The position numbers were made by a program, and so were the translations under genes. Below the pieces are notes generated by a model. The model saw nothing but the letters and a program-made list of their open reading frames with translations, made no database searches and had not been told where the DNA came from. A DNA stretch of 64,000 bases from an uncultured Planctomycetota bacterium (GTDB lineage Bacteria > Planctomycetota > Planctomycetia > Isosphaerales > Isosphaeraceae). Positions within the stretch are counted from its first letter, which is position 1; every line of letters begins with the position of its first letter. The stretch is taken from positions 160,001 to 224,000 of the forward strand of contig CAWGMQ010000006.1 of the NCBI GenBank assembly GCA_963823665.1, written 5' to 3'. Shown one piece after another: positions 42,722 through 53,699 of the stretch.

Positions 42722-45067
42722 TCAATTTTCCCCGGAATCATCCCCTCCCGCCTCCCCGGACTTCGCACCGTCACCACGGCTCCCCTTCCGAGCATCCGCC
42801 CCCGGCTGATCTTGTTTGGACTGGCTGTCCGCACTCCGCTTCGCCCCGTCTTTTCCCGACGCGTCACCGCTCTGCGACTCGCTTTTCGAATCCGACGTCG
42901 CGTTCTCTTTCTGGGCGTCACCCCGCTGCGACTGCTTGCCGGAGGATTCGCTCGCATTGTCCTTGTGCGCGTCACCCCGCTTTGACTGGCTGTCCTGGCC
43001 CTGCTTCGCACCGTCGTGCTGTGCGCCGCCCTTGCCCCGATTTGACTTGCTATTCGACCCCGCCTCACTCTGCTTCGCACCGTCGTGCTGCGCGCCACCC
43101 TTGCCCCGATCTGACTTGCTATTCGACCCCGCCTCACCCTGCTTTGCACCGTCCTGCTGTGCGCCGCCCTTGCCCCGATCTGACTTGCTATTCGACCCCG
43201 CCTTCGCGTTGACGGCGTCGTTGACAATATACAGTTCGACGTCCCCGTCGTTGTCCAGATCGGCGATCACCTTGCCGGATCCAAAGCCGTGCACGCGCGG
43301 GTCTGGAGCCGGTTGCTTCCCCGACGCCTCGGTGTCACGGTCCGACGACGAACCATTGCGGTTCTGCCCTTGCTGCCCCGGGTTTTTCTGCGAGTTGCCC
43401 GTCTCGTTCCCGCTGCTGTTCTGCTGCGGCTGTTGCGAGCTGGGTTGATTATTCGAGCCCGCCGATGACTTCTGCTCGTTTGAGCTGCCTGGATTTCCTC
43501 GTTGGTACTGCTCCTGATACCCAGCCTTGTTGCTTCCGGGGTTGCTCTGATTTCCCTGGGCCTTCGCCCCCGACTGCCCGGGGTTATTCTGTTTACCTTG
43601 GCTCGTGATTATTGCCCCCGGAACATTGTTCTGTGAATCGGCCGGCTGCTGCTGACGCTCAAAATCATTTACCCTGTAGCCTTCCTTGTCTGCGCTTGTA
43701 GGGTTGCTGGAGAATCTCCTCCCACGTCCGTTGGCACCCTTCATGCCGGCACCATGAATCTGCCCGATCGCCTCGCCACCCGTCGCGCCAACGCCCGCCG
43801 GCTGAGCGTTCTGATCGCCGCCGCCTGGACCTCCCGAAAAATCGACCATCGTCGGATAAGTCTCGACCACATCGACCAGAACCCGGTCAATACGCTCCAG
43901 TCGTTGCGTCAGAGCATCCAGCGTCTCCTGCGCGGATGACGGCGGGGTGATCCGGCGATTGGAATCGCTTCAACGTGCGATCCAGTCGCGCACGGGCCTC
44001 GGTGACTTCCTCCTCCAGACGCGTAAGGATCAGCGCACGTGACTGCCTGATGTATGCCGGAGTCGTCGAAGCGGCCGGCGACGGGATGGGTCCGAGGCCG
44101 TGCTGAAAGATGATCGGATCCGCGCCCGGTTGTTGGTTTGCTCCCCCCTGCCGATCGTTTACTCGCGGTCCTTGTTGCGCCAGCACGCCCGCGGCCGCGG
44201 CCCCCAAGGCGCCCACGAGCACCACCACCGCGGCCAGCTTCAATTTGGTCACGACCATGGTCTTCAGTACCTCCTCGATCAAAATGGCGACACCCGACGA
44301 GATCACGGAAGCAGAAAGTGGCTGTCCCGCCGCGACCAGACCCGCGGCCCGAGCGGTTGATTCGACGAGCGCGCCTGGAAGGGCCGCGCCCTGCGCCCGA
44401 AAGGCAAAACCATCGCGAGTCGCTTGTCCGCGCCGAAGACCCTCTCAGGCACACCCAGTCCGCCACGGCAGAGCCGGGCCCGCAGCAGCTCGCGTGCCCG
44501 TGCAAGACGGGTCTTGAGCGTTCCCACCGGCCAGCCCAGGTGCCTTGCCGCCTTCTCGTGCGTCAGCCCCTCCAGGTCGCAGAGCACGACCGGAACGCGG
44601 TAACGCTCCGGCAGCCGGTCGATCTCCTCATGGAGGTGTTCCACGACGTCTTCCCAATCCCGCGTCTCCCGGAGCAAATCCGGCCTGGCCGCCGCGGCGT
44701 GCCGCTCGTGCTCGCGCACTCGGGCTGCGGACGCCCGGGCTCGCGTGGCGACGCGGCGCGCCACGCGATGAAGCCACGGGCCCAGTGAATCCTGCACCCA
44801 CAGCGATCTTGCCTGCTTGACCAGGATGAGAAACGTGGCCTGGAACGCGTCCTCGGCGTCATGCACTTCAACGAGCGCATGCCGGCAGACCCGCAGGACC
44901 ATCGGCCCGTGCCGTTCGACCAGGGCAGCAAACGCCAGCTCGGCCGCCTCGCCACCCCGGGTCGCAAACCGTTCGAGAAGCTGACCATCCGTCAGGTCCC
45001 CGATCGTTCCCAGGTTGAAGACGGTTCGGAGCTGTTGCCCGAATTTCCCTTTTGGTCTCGTCGTCAC
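42722..45067 (-). CDS. ECF sigma factor with TM and long low-complexity C-terminal extension (two frameshifts, near 44400 and 43930)
   Basis: LTDGQLLERF, HDAEDAFQATF, LPERYR..LCDLEG..LGWPVGT; TM KLKLAAVVVLVG; G/Q/S/N-rich tail. Confidence 0.8.
43000..43203 (-). repeat. Coding tandem repeat, 69 bp x3
   Basis: AGSNSKS(D/N)RGKGGAQ(Q/H)DGAKQ(G/S)E repeated three times. Confidence 0.9.
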
Positions 45068-45312
45068 GCATCGGCTCCCATCTCGCGTGCCGTGACACGT
45101 CTCTTCCATGATAGTAATGCCGGCCGCGGCGCCGGCAGATTGGACTTTCCGAATAAAAAAAGGCCGCTCTCCCTCGTTTGAGAGAAAGCGGCCGGAATCG
45201 CATGACAGCGATGGGTTCACTCCGATGGGCCAGGCACGCCCTGTTTGGCTTACCGGAGACACACAGCCGGCCGGTCAGCCACCCATTCGCCCGCTCTTGT
45301 CTAGCCCATGTC

Positions 45313-45486
45313 TTACTTCGTCTTGTCGTCGGGCTTGGTGGGTGCGGCACCAGGCTTGTCGGCAGGCGCGCCAGCCTTGGCCCCGGGGGCAGGCGCCGCG
45401 CCTTCGTCCGAATTACACCCGACAAAGCAAGCGAACGACAGCACGAGGCTGGAAAGCATCAGACCGACTTTAAGTCCCAACTTCAC
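45313..45486 (-). CDS. Small lipoprotein
   Basis: AAGGAG RBS, GTG start, signal ending FVGC, Pro/Ala/Lys-rich tail. Confidence 0.7.
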   Translation of the reverse strand: MKLGLKVGLMLSSLVLSFACFVGCNSDEGAAPAPGAKAGAPADKPGAAPTKPDDKTK

Positions 45487-45964
45487 GGTTGCGCTCCTTA
45501 GAAGAAAATCGCGAAACGAGGGGAGGGAAGGCGTCTCAGAATTTGAATCCCAGGCGATACATTTCGCCTGGGCCCTTTGTCCCAAAGACTTCACGAGAAA
45601 CGACCTCGCCCCACGGCGCCGTCGGATTATAGATGAATTCACTCGGTGACCGCAACGCATAACCCCACTTTTCGTTGCAACCGGCTCGTCCACTCCGGGC
45701 AACCGAATCCACGCGCAACCACCCGCCCAGACTCGATTTCCCCCGCCTCGGCCAATCCGGGTCAAGTACCAGGCCGTTACGTTCGATGATAAATCCGCCA
45801 GACGCGCCGGGCTTACCCCGGTTCACGCTCGGCGCGGTGATCGTGCCGGACTTCCACCAACACCCGTGCGGCGGATGCATGATCAGACCGAAAACCTGTC
45901 GCTTCAATGACTTAGCAAAACAGTTTGGTCACCGGCTTCCTCTCGATTCGAGGCGTACGATACG

Positions 45965-46246
45965 ATGAAACCAATGATCAGCACCGCCGGCTCCGCTCGC
46001 CCGGATCTCTTTACCGCGATCGCCGAGTCGATTCGAACCGTTTCCTCCAAGGCGAAGACCGCGACGATCCGGCCCGAGTCGCGTCTCCTCGAAGAGCTGG
46101 CACTCGATTCTCTCGACTTGGTCGCGGTGATCCTTCAGCTTCAGGATCAGTTCAACGTGGAAATCGATCCCGACGAGATTCCCCAAATGCAAACGGTCGC
46201 CGACCTGGCCGCCAGCCTCGCCAGGCTCCTCCGCCAGGCGGCCTGA
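45965..46246 (+). CDS. Acyl carrier protein
   Basis: ELALDSLDLV motif, TVADL. Confidence 0.88.
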   Translation: MKPMISTAGSARPDLFTAIAESIRTVSSKAKTATIRPESRLLEELALDSLDLVAVILQLQDQFNVEIDPDEIPQMQTVADLAASLARLLRQAA

Positions 46247-46392
46247 ACGTGCCCATGCCGGTGTGCGTCACGGAAAGAAGCACTGCCTTGACGTTGCCAC
46301 GTCCCGGATGATGCGATGGAGAGACCAAGGAAACCTCCCCTCGACAGGCGAACGGGTCAAGCCATCTTGAAGGCGCCGCCCCTGGATCGTTC

Positions 46393-47119
46393 ATGAGCAT
46401 CGGCGTATTAATCTTCCTGACAGTGGCCATCCTGCTGCTTCCCCAGGTCTTCAAGCACCGGGAGCCGGCGCCCGAGATCCACGGCTTCTTGAAGATCATC
46501 GAGTTCATCTACTGGTCCTATTGCATCATCTGGCATCGCTTGCGGATCGACCGTCGCGCGCCGCTTCCAGCGCACGGGCCCGCAATCTTGATCTCCAACC
46601 ACACCTGCGGGATCGATCACGTGCTGCTTCAGGCCGCGTGCGACCGTATACTCGGGTTCATGGTCGCCCGCGAATACTACGAATACCCGGCGCTCAATCC
46701 GTGGTGCCGGCTCGTCAACTGCATTCCGGTCAATCGCGACGGCCGCGATTTCACCGCCACCCGCGCGGCGCTGCGCGGCGCTCAAGGAGGGCCGCGTGCT
46801 CCCGATCTTTCCCGAGGGGCACATCGTGCCCGAGTCCGGCCGGCGGATTGATGAGATGAAGCCCGGCACGGCCTACCTCGCCTTGCATTCCGGAGTGCCG
46901 GTGATCCCGGCCTACCTCTGCGGCACTCCCGAAACCGACAGCATCGTCAAGGCGCTCGTCACACCGTCGAACTCGCGTATCGTCTTCGGAGAGCCGATCG
47001 ATCTTTCCGACATCCCGGCCGACCGCCCGGCGGATAAGGCCGCCCAGGCCGAGGTGAACTCGCGGTTCAAGGCTGCCCTCCTTGCGTTGCAAACACAGGC
47101 ACTGGCCCTTGATGATTGA
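46393..47119 (+). CDS. plsC: 1-acyl-sn-glycerol-3-phosphate acyltransferase (PlsC-like), frameshift near 46780
   Basis: SNHTCGID (HX4D), IPVNR, IFPEG, VPVIP, FGEPI. Confidence 0.85.
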
Positions 47120-47125
47120 GAAGCG

Positions 47126-48164
47126 ATGGCTTCGGTGAGATCCTCTCAACTGGCCTTTCCCGAGCTGAACGAGCTGCTGGCGAGGTATTCTGCCCACGTC
47201 CAACCGGTCTCGGAGGTCGAGTCCTTGGGCGGTGCCGGCGGATACAGCGGGTCGCAGTTCTGGCGCTACAGGGCCCCAGCCGGCCAGCTCGTGCTGCGCT
47301 CCTGGCCCCCCGCCTGGCCGGGCCGATCTCATCTCGATCGAATCCATCGCTGGCTCTTCCTCACCGCAAGCACCGGCTTGACGCCCGTCCCTTTTCGCGA
47401 CACCACCGAGTGCTCCGTCCAGGAATATCAGGGACGACTCTGGGAGCTGACTCCCTGGCTTCCCGGTGCGGCCGACCCGGGCCGGCCGCCTGCGCTCGCC
47501 CGCGTCGCCGCCGCGTTCAGCGGGCTGGCTCGTTTGCATGTGGCTCTCGCTGGCGAAGCCGGCGTCGGAGTCTCGCGCGGCCTGTCCCAGCGGCGCGAAA
47601 CGGTACGCGCACCTGATCGCCGGCGGGTTCGAAACGATCGAAGCCGCCGTCGCAAGCCAGGCGGCATCTCCGATGGAAGCCGCCGCCACGGCCAGGTGGC
47701 TCACGCTGGCTCGCGCCGCTGCGCCCGCCGTGCATGAGCTGCTCGATCGCGCGTCGCTGTTGGTTCTCGACCTCCAGCCCTGCCTCCGCGACGCCCGCGC
47801 CGATCATTTTCTCTTCGAGCAGGAGCGGCTCACCGGCATCATCGACTTCGGCGCGATGGACAACGAATGCGTCGCGGGCGACCTCGCACGCTTGCTCGGC
47901 GAGTGGGCCGGCGCCGACCCCGCAGTCCGGATCACAGCCCGAGAATCATACGACCGCATCCGCCCGCTCAAGCCCGTCGAAGCCTCGCTCGTGAGCGTCT
48001 TCGAAAGCTCGGCCGATCTCCTGATCGGCGAGCGCTGGCTCCGCTGGCATTACCTGGAGCACCGCCACTTCGAAGACCCCCAAGCCGTCCCCAAAGGCCT
48101 AGCCCGCGGCCTGAAACGCCTGGAACGCCTGAAATCAACGCCGCCGAATGAATCCTACTCCTAA
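47126..48164 (+). CDS. APH/homoserine-kinase-II-like phosphotransferase, frameshift near 47600
   Basis: GGYSGS, LARLH, CLRDARADHFL, GIIDFG, DLA motifs. Confidence 0.8.
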
Positions 48165-48197
48165 TCCTAATCCTAATCCTAATCCTAATCCTAATCT
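48151..48197. repeat. (AATCCT)n hexanucleotide microsatellite
   Basis: About 7.5 units, one variant ACTCCT. Confidence 0.9.
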
Positions 48198-48222
48198 CAC
48201 TCCCTCTCCCCCGATATAAACC

Positions 48223-49035
48223 TCAGCTCCTCCCCCCCTCAATCATCAACTTCCCCACCTCCTCCTGGTTCAAGCTCACCCGCCTGATCGAAATCGCTTT
48301 CCCACTCTGCGGATCGATCCCCACGAGCGCCCCGTTCAATCGTGGGTCACCGCTGGCCACGTCAAAGTGAGCCGGCACACACGAGAGCGTGGCCGACAGA
48401 ACGCGATCGTATCGCCGCCCCAGGATCGAATCATGAGGCCCTGTCATCCCCACGTCCGTTTGATACGCTGTGCCGTTCTTGAGAATCTGTTCGTCCGCCG
48501 TGGCCACGTGCGTGTGTGTTCCCAGTACGGCAGAGACCCGTCCGTCCATGTATCTCCCCAGAAGCTGTTTCTCGCTGGTTGCCTCGGCGTGCACGTCGAC
48601 GATGATCACTCGTGTTTGCCCGCCGATCTGTTCGATCAGCCGGTCCGCGGCTCGAAACGGGCAGTCGACGGGCTTCATGAACGTGCGGCCGATCAGGCTG
48701 AACACGGCAACCTTGGTGCCGTCACGGGCGTTGACAACAGCCAGCTCCGGCCCCGGTGCCTCGCTCGGATAATTCGCCGGGCGAAGGACAGTCCTGGTCC
48801 GGTCGAACACCTGATGGATCTCGTCCTTGCGGTAGATGTGGTCTCCCATCGTCATGACGTCGACCCCCGCCTCGGCAATTTCTTCGTAGCAATCAAGCGT
48901 CAGCCCCGAGCCGCCGGCCGCGTTCTCGGCGTTGCAGACGACCAGGTTGATCCCCCATCGCGGAATGATTCGCGGCAGTGCCTGGCCCAGGATCTTCCGG
49001 CCGGGCGAGCCCACCACGTCACCGATGAAGAGCAC
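48223..49035 (-). CDS. ymdB: YmdB/TIGR00282 metallophosphoesterase
   Basis: FIGDVVG, NAENAAGG, RPANYP, DVHAEATSEK, GTHTHV, TDVGMTG; follows rny. Confidence 0.92.
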   Translation of the reverse strand: MLFIGDVVGSPGRKILGQALPRIIPRWGINLVVCNAENAAGGSGLTLDCYEEIAEAGVDVMTMGDHIYRKDEIHQVFDRTRTVLRPANYPSEAPGPELAVVNARDGTKVAVFSLIGRTFMKPVDCPFRAADRLIEQIGGQTRVIIVDVHAEATSEKQLLGRYMDGRVSAVLGTHTHVATADEQILKNGTAYQTDVGMTGPHDSILGRRYDRVLSATLSCVPAHFDVASGDPRLNGALVGIDPQSGKAISIRRVSLNQEEVGKLMIEGGRS

Positions 49036-49104
49036 CGAGAAGGCCGCCTGCGTGCTCGAAGGTTCGTCTGCCGTTAGATCATTCTGTGCATAGGAATGTT
49101 CATC

Positions 49105-50664
49105 TCAGCGAGCGAATTCGATGGATCGGGTCTCGCGGAGCACCGTCACCTTGACTTCGCCCGGATAGGTCAAGTTGGTTTCGATCGTCTGGGCGATCTC
49201 GCGGCACAGGGCGGCCGCTTCGGCGTCGCCGAGCTGCTGGCTGTCGACGAGCACGCGAATCTCGCGGCCGGCCTGGATGGCGTAAGCTTGCTCGACGCCC
49301 GGAAAGCCCAGCGCCAGTGCTTCCAGCTCCTCGAGCCGGCGGACGTATTTCTCGAGCGTTTCCCGCCGGGCCCCCGGCCGGCTGGCGCTGATCGCGTCAG
49401 CCGCCGAAACCAGAAGCGTGTAAGGGGTCTCGATCCGCAGGTCGTCATGATGCCCCAGCGCCGCGTGGATCACCTCCCGGCTTTCTCCATACTTTCTGGC
49501 CAGCTCGGCTCCCACCGCCGGGTGCCCTCCCTCCATCTCGTGGTCGGCCGCCTTGCCGATGTCGTGCAGCAGACCGCACCGCCGGCCCAGCTCGCCGGAC
49601 AGCGAAACCTCCTCCGCGAGCATCCCGGTCAGATACGCCACCTCGAGCGAGTGGCGCAGCACGTTCTGCGAATAGCTCGTCCGGAAATGAAGCCGGCCCA
49701 GGTAGTGCACCAGCTTCTCGTGCAGCCCCACGACGTTGGCCTCGAGCGCGGCCTCCTCACCGAGCCGGCGGATATGACGCTCCATGTCTTCATGTGTTTC
49801 CTTGACGATCTCTTCGATCCGGCTCGGGTGAATGCGGCCGTCTTCGATCAGCTTCTGGAGCGCGAGCTTGGCCACCTCGCGGCGCACGCTGTCAAATCCC
49901 GAGACGATCACGATTCCGGGCGTATCGTCCACGATCACATCGACTCCGGTGGCCTTCTCGAATGCCCGGATGTTTCGCCCCTCGCGGCCGATGATCCGCC
50001 CCTTCATGTCGTCGTTCGGAATGTCGACAGTGCTCACGGTCACCTCCGCCGTGTGCGCAGCGGCATACCGCTGGATCGTCGTCGTCAAGATCTCCCGGCA
50101 TTTCTGCTGGCAGCTTTCCTGCACGAGCGCCTGGTACTTGAGTACGCGGTTCCCCACTTCGGCCGCCAGCTCCCCTTCCACGCGCGAGAGCAACATCTCG
50201 CGCGCCTCATCGCGCGAGAGCCGTGAGATCCGCTCGAGTGCCTCGACCTGGGCGGCCAGCTTCTGCTTCATCTCGACTTGCTGCGCAACCACGCTTTCGC
50301 GCTCGACCGAGATCTCTCGCAGACGTTCGGCCGTCTCGGTTTCCCGGTTCGTCAGCAGTTCGAGTTTCTGGTCGAGCAGGTCCGAGCGCTTCTCGAGTCG
50401 TCGCTCCTGCTCGTGTGAAGACACCCTCTTGGCGTCGATCTCCTGGTCGAGTTCTTCGCGACGCTTGAGGCTCTCCTCCTTGGCGACCAGCTCAGCGTGC
50501 CGCCGCGTCGTCTCGGCCTCGCGGTGGGCATTCACGACAATCTGCTCGGCTAATGCGCGGGCAGTCTGAGCCCGCAGCCTGGCGAGAACGTACACCCCCG
50601 CCAGCCCGATGACCAAACCCACGAGCAGCCCAACAAAGCTCTCCAAGGGAACTGCGCCCACCAA
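49105..50664 (-). CDS. rny: Ribonuclease Y
   Basis: N-terminal TM, coiled coil, [13 protein letters not shown] (KH), LLHDIGK (HD), [10 protein letters not shown]. Confidence 0.96.
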   Translation of the reverse strand: MVGAVPLESFVGLLVGLVIGLAGVYVLARLRAQTARALAEQIVVNAHREAETTRRHAELVAKEESLKRREELDQEIDAKRVSSHEQERRLEKRSDLLDQKLELLTNRETETAERLREISVERESVVAQQVEMKQKLAAQVEALERISRLSRDEAREMLLSRVEGELAAEVGNRVLKYQALVQESCQQKCREILTTTIQRYAAAHTAEVTVSTVDIPNDDMKGRIIGREGRNIRAFEKATGVDVIVDDTPGIVIVSGFDSVRREVAKLALQKLIEDGRIHPSRIEEIVKETHEDMERHIRRLGEEAALEANVVGLHEKLVHYLGRLHFRTSYSQNVLRHSLEVAYLTGMLAEEVSLSGELGRRCGLLHDIGKAADHEMEGGHPAVGAELARKYGESREVIHAALGHHDDLRIETPYTLLVSAADAISASRPGARRETLEKYVRRLEELEALALGFPGVEQAYAIQAGREIRVLVDSQQLGDAEAAALCREIAQTIETNLTYPGEVKVTVLRETRSIEFAR

Positions 50665-50881
50665 GTCCCCCTGCCCTCTCCACGTGAGAAGAGAACACTC
50701 CGCCCCGCATCCGGCATCTCGCCAGCGAATCGGCAGAAAGCTTCAAAGGGAAGGCGAAGACTGCCGGCCAACCCTTGCCAGGTGCCCATTCGGCCCGACA
50801 GCAATCCCCGCGCAGCAAGAGAAGCCACGCAGCCTCAAATTAGCGTGGCCATCGCCTACTCTATCAGAAGCGATCGCGAGG

Positions 50882-51820
50882 TCAATCATCCGGCGCTCTT
50901 CCAGTCTCCCTCTCCCTCTGGGAGAGGGCCGGGGTGAGGGTCCCCGCCCCCTCCGCCGCGCTGAAGTACGCCGCGTCGCGAGCTTCCCACTCCTGGTATC
51001 CGATCAGATCGTAAAGCTCGCCTCGTGTTTGCATGCGGTCGATCAACCCGCGCTGGGTCCCTTCGGCACGCAGGGTGGCGAGCACTTCATACGCAGCCTT
51101 CATGGCCGCTCGCATCGCCGAGAGTGGATAAATCACCGCCGTGTATCCCATCGCGGCCAGTTGATCGAACGGAATCAGCGGGCTGCGGCCAAACTCGGTC
51201 ATATTCGCCAGCAGCGGCGCCTTCACTTCCTGTGCAAACCGCGCAAACTGCTCGGCCGACTCGAGGGCCTCGGGAAAGATCATGTCGGCGCCCGCGGCGA
51301 GATAGGCTCGCGCTCGCCCCACGGCTGCGTCAAAACCCTCCACACTCAGCCCGTCGGTCCGGGCGACGATCACGAAATCCCGGTCGCGGCGAGCGTGCAC
51401 CGCCGCCCGGATCTTCGCGGCCATGCTTGCGGAATCAATCAGGGATTTCCCCGAAAGGTGTCCGCACCGCTTGGGAAGGGTCTGGTCTTCCAGATGTAAG
51501 CCGGCGACACCGGCCTCCTCGTAGAGCCGCACCGTGCGCTCGACGTTCAGGGCTTCGCCGAACCCGGTATCCGCGTCGCACAAAACCGGCAGTGAGGTCG
51601 CCCGAGCCAGCACCGCCGCCTGCCCGGCAAACTCCGTCTGCGTGAGCAGCCCGATGTCCGGCAGCCCCGCCCACCCCGCGGATAGCGCCCCGCCGGAAAG
51701 GTAAACCGCCGCAAACCCGAGTCGCTCGGCCTGCTTGGCGACGAGCGCGTTGAACGCCCCAGGAATCATGATCGGACCAGCCGACCACGCTTCGCGCAAC
51801 CGGGCCCCGGGTGAACTCAT
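50882..51820 (-). CDS. prpB: 2-methylisocitrate lyase
   Basis: YLSG, GLPDIG, DADTGFG, EDQ.LPKRCGH, ANMTEFG. Confidence 0.93.
   Translation of the reverse strand: MSSPGARLREAWSAGPIMIPGAFNALVAKQAERLGFAAVYLSGGALSAGWAGLPDIGLLTQTEFAGQAAVLARATSLPVLCDADTGFGEALNVERTVRLYEEAGVAGLHLEDQTLPKRCGHLSGKSLIDSASMAAKIRAAVHARRDRDFVIVARTDGLSVEGFDAAVGRARAYLAAGADMIFPEALESAEQFARFAQEVKAPLLANMTEFGRSPLIPFDQLAAMGYTAVIYPLSAMRAAMKAAYEVLATLRAEGTQRGLIDRMQTRGELYDLIGYQEWEARDAAYFSAAEGAGTLTPALSQRERETGRAPDD
50905..50941. repeat. CCCTCTCCC...GGGAGAGGG-GGGGTGAGGG palindromic repeat in the 3' end of prpB
   Basis: ctccctctccctctgggagagggccggggtgaggg; translated as TLTPALSQRERE. Confidence 0.8.
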
Positions 51821-51976
51821 CGCCGGCTCCTTCATGACATCACAAGCGTTACTTACAGCCCGATAGTCTATGTTACGTGTGCCTGGTTCGAGCTACCACT
51901 GAACAGCAAGCGATCACCCGTGTACAATGAGGTCAAGTGTCGCGGACGACGTGTTCGGAAATCAGGATACCGGATC

Positions 51977-52193
51977 ATGCACGCAGTCTCGATTCAGGAT
52001 GCCCAAACCAAACTGGCCGCGTTGATCCAGGGGCTCGCACCGGGGGAAGAGGTCGTAATCACCGAAAACGACCAGCCGGTGGCGAAGCTGGCTCGCGCCG
52101 AGCCCAGTGATCAATGGCCCTGTAAGGCGGGGAAGCGCCAAGGACACGGTTCACTGGATGGCGCCGGACTTCGAAGCGCCGCTTGACGCGTGA
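51977..52193 (+). CDS. Phd/YefM-type antitoxin (frameshift near 52130)
   Basis: SIQDAQTKL..LI...GEEVVIT..DQPVAKL; after the shift GSAK...MAPDFEAPL. Confidence 0.75.
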
Positions 52194-52248
52194 TCAAGTC
52201 CCATAGCCTGCCCCTGCGCGAGCGACATGCCTGCAAGAAGAGACCGTA

Positions 52249-52824
52249 ATGCCTCGTTTCGCGGACTACCATCGAACCGTCGTCGGCTATCACGGAACGC
52301 AGAAATCCACGGCCCACCGTGTCATCCAGAATAGAGAATCCTACAAAAGAAGCGAAAACAGCGCCGACTGGCTCGGGCACGGTATTTACTTTTGGGAATA
52401 CGCTCCGAAACAAGCATGGGCCTGGGCGGACCAGCGCCGGAAGCTCCAAAACTGGGGAGAGGAAGTCGCTGTTCTGGCAGCCATGATTCGACTGGGCAAC
52501 TGCTTCGATCTACTCGATCCGGACAACCTCGATGTTCTCGCTGGCTTCCGGCTCGAATACGAGCACCGATAACGACAGGCAGGACAAGTCGCCGCGAAGA
52601 ACTACAACAAGTCCAAGTACTTGGACTGTGCCGTATTCCAGTTCGCCTACGCGGCGTTCGATCTTCAGAACGACCGCGTCGACACGTGCCGAGCGGTATT
52701 CGTCCCCTCGAACAAGCGGCTCTGGACTCGAAGTGGCGTTTATCGGGATGCTCACATTCAATTGTGCGTCCGAAACCCGGAATGTATACTGGGTTCGTGG
52801 CTGGTGAAGCCAATGGAGGAATAG
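52249..52824 (+). pseudogene. ADP-ribosyltransferase-fold protein with in-frame TAA at 52570-52572
   Basis: GYHGT, DWLGHGIYFWE, LDCAV, HIQLCVRN; ORFs 52249..52572 and 52621..52824 share one frame. Confidence 0.7.
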
Positions 52825-52827
52825 CGA

Positions 52828-53073
52828 GTGGCGTTTACGTCAGAGGAATCGGCTAACGTTCCCATGTCTCTGCGAATGAGACGGGTTCTCGCTGCGATCA
52901 AGAAAATGTCGCCCGCCGAGAGCTTCGAGCTCCTCGTAAGAGCAGGACTGATGAGCGCGGCAGAAGCCGAGGCAGCAGCAGCCCGCCACAGTTCAGCCGA
53001 AACACCCGCACAAAAAGCCAAATCGCGACGACGTCAATCAGCGCCGCCGGGCACAAGGTCTCTGAAGACCTGA
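52828..53073 (+). CDS. Small helical hypothetical protein (possible antitoxin)
   Basis: Starts 3 nt after the ART-like gene, GGAGG upstream. Confidence 0.55.
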   Translation: MAFTSEESANVPMSLRMRRVLAAIKKMSPAESFELLVRAGLMSAAEAEAAAARHSSAETPAQKAKSRRRQSAPPGTRSLKT

Positions 53074-53199
53074 GCGTGTCGGGCTCCGCGCCAAGTCATC
53101 TCCTGCTCGAATGCGGCTGCGCACGTGCATTAGGCCTCTCAACGCACTCAGAGGTTTTGCCATCACGAGGACGCGAGCCGTACGCATTCCCGATGACTT

Positions 53200-53598
53200 T
53201 CATCGCCGAATCCCCTCCACCGCCCCCTTCACATCCTCACTCTCCACAGCTTGCCCCGCCAGCGCCTTCATCGCAATGCCCATCGCCATCCCGTCCTTGG
53301 GCGCAGCCTTGATCTGCTCGGCAACTGGCGCAAGCGCCTCCTTGATCTGCTCGATCGAAAGCGTCGGTGGCACCCAGTCGCGGATCATTGCCAGCTCTTC
53401 AGGCGACCACGTCGTCACCCCCGACTTGGCTTCCTTCTGCACGCTGCGCATCTTCTTGATCGCGTCGTTCTCCGCCATTTCCTCGCCGCTGCCCAGGGTC
53501 AACTGCGCGATCCAGTAGCGCAAAAAGTTGGTTTTGACCGCGTCCCTCGCCTTCATTGCGGCAGTCAGCTCGGTGCGCATTCGCTGCACAATCGACAT
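53200..53598 (-). CDS. GatB/YqeY domain protein
   Basis: ELTAAMKARD...LR, MGIAMKAL; GGAGG RBS. Confidence 0.8.
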   Translation of the reverse strand: MSIVQRMRTELTAAMKARDAVKTNFLRYWIAQLTLGSGEEMAENDAIKKMRSVQKEAKSGVTTWSPEELAMIRDWVPPTLSIEQIKEALAPVAEQIKAAPKDGMAMGIAMKALAGQAVESEDVKGAVEGIRR

Positions 53599-53699
53599 CC
53601 CGGATCCTCCATGGCGGTAAGCTTGATTTCAAGACTCTTGAGAACCCATCTTACGCCAAGACGGAAAAGCGCACACCGTCAGTTTGCTCCTCGCACAGC

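Noticed and set aside
43000..43203. 69-bp repeats as CRISPR
   Set aside because: Contiguous in-frame coding repeats without spacers.
48151..48197. Telomere-like repeat
   Set aside because: Short internal microsatellite between convergent genes.
49035..49107. rny-ymdB read-through (same frame after TGA)
   Set aside because: The GTG start gives a nearly full-length YmdB; sharing a frame has a 1-in-3 chance.
50665..50880. 6S RNA upstream of rny
   Set aside because: Position is plausible but I could not see the long hairpin with central bubble; needs an Infernal scan.
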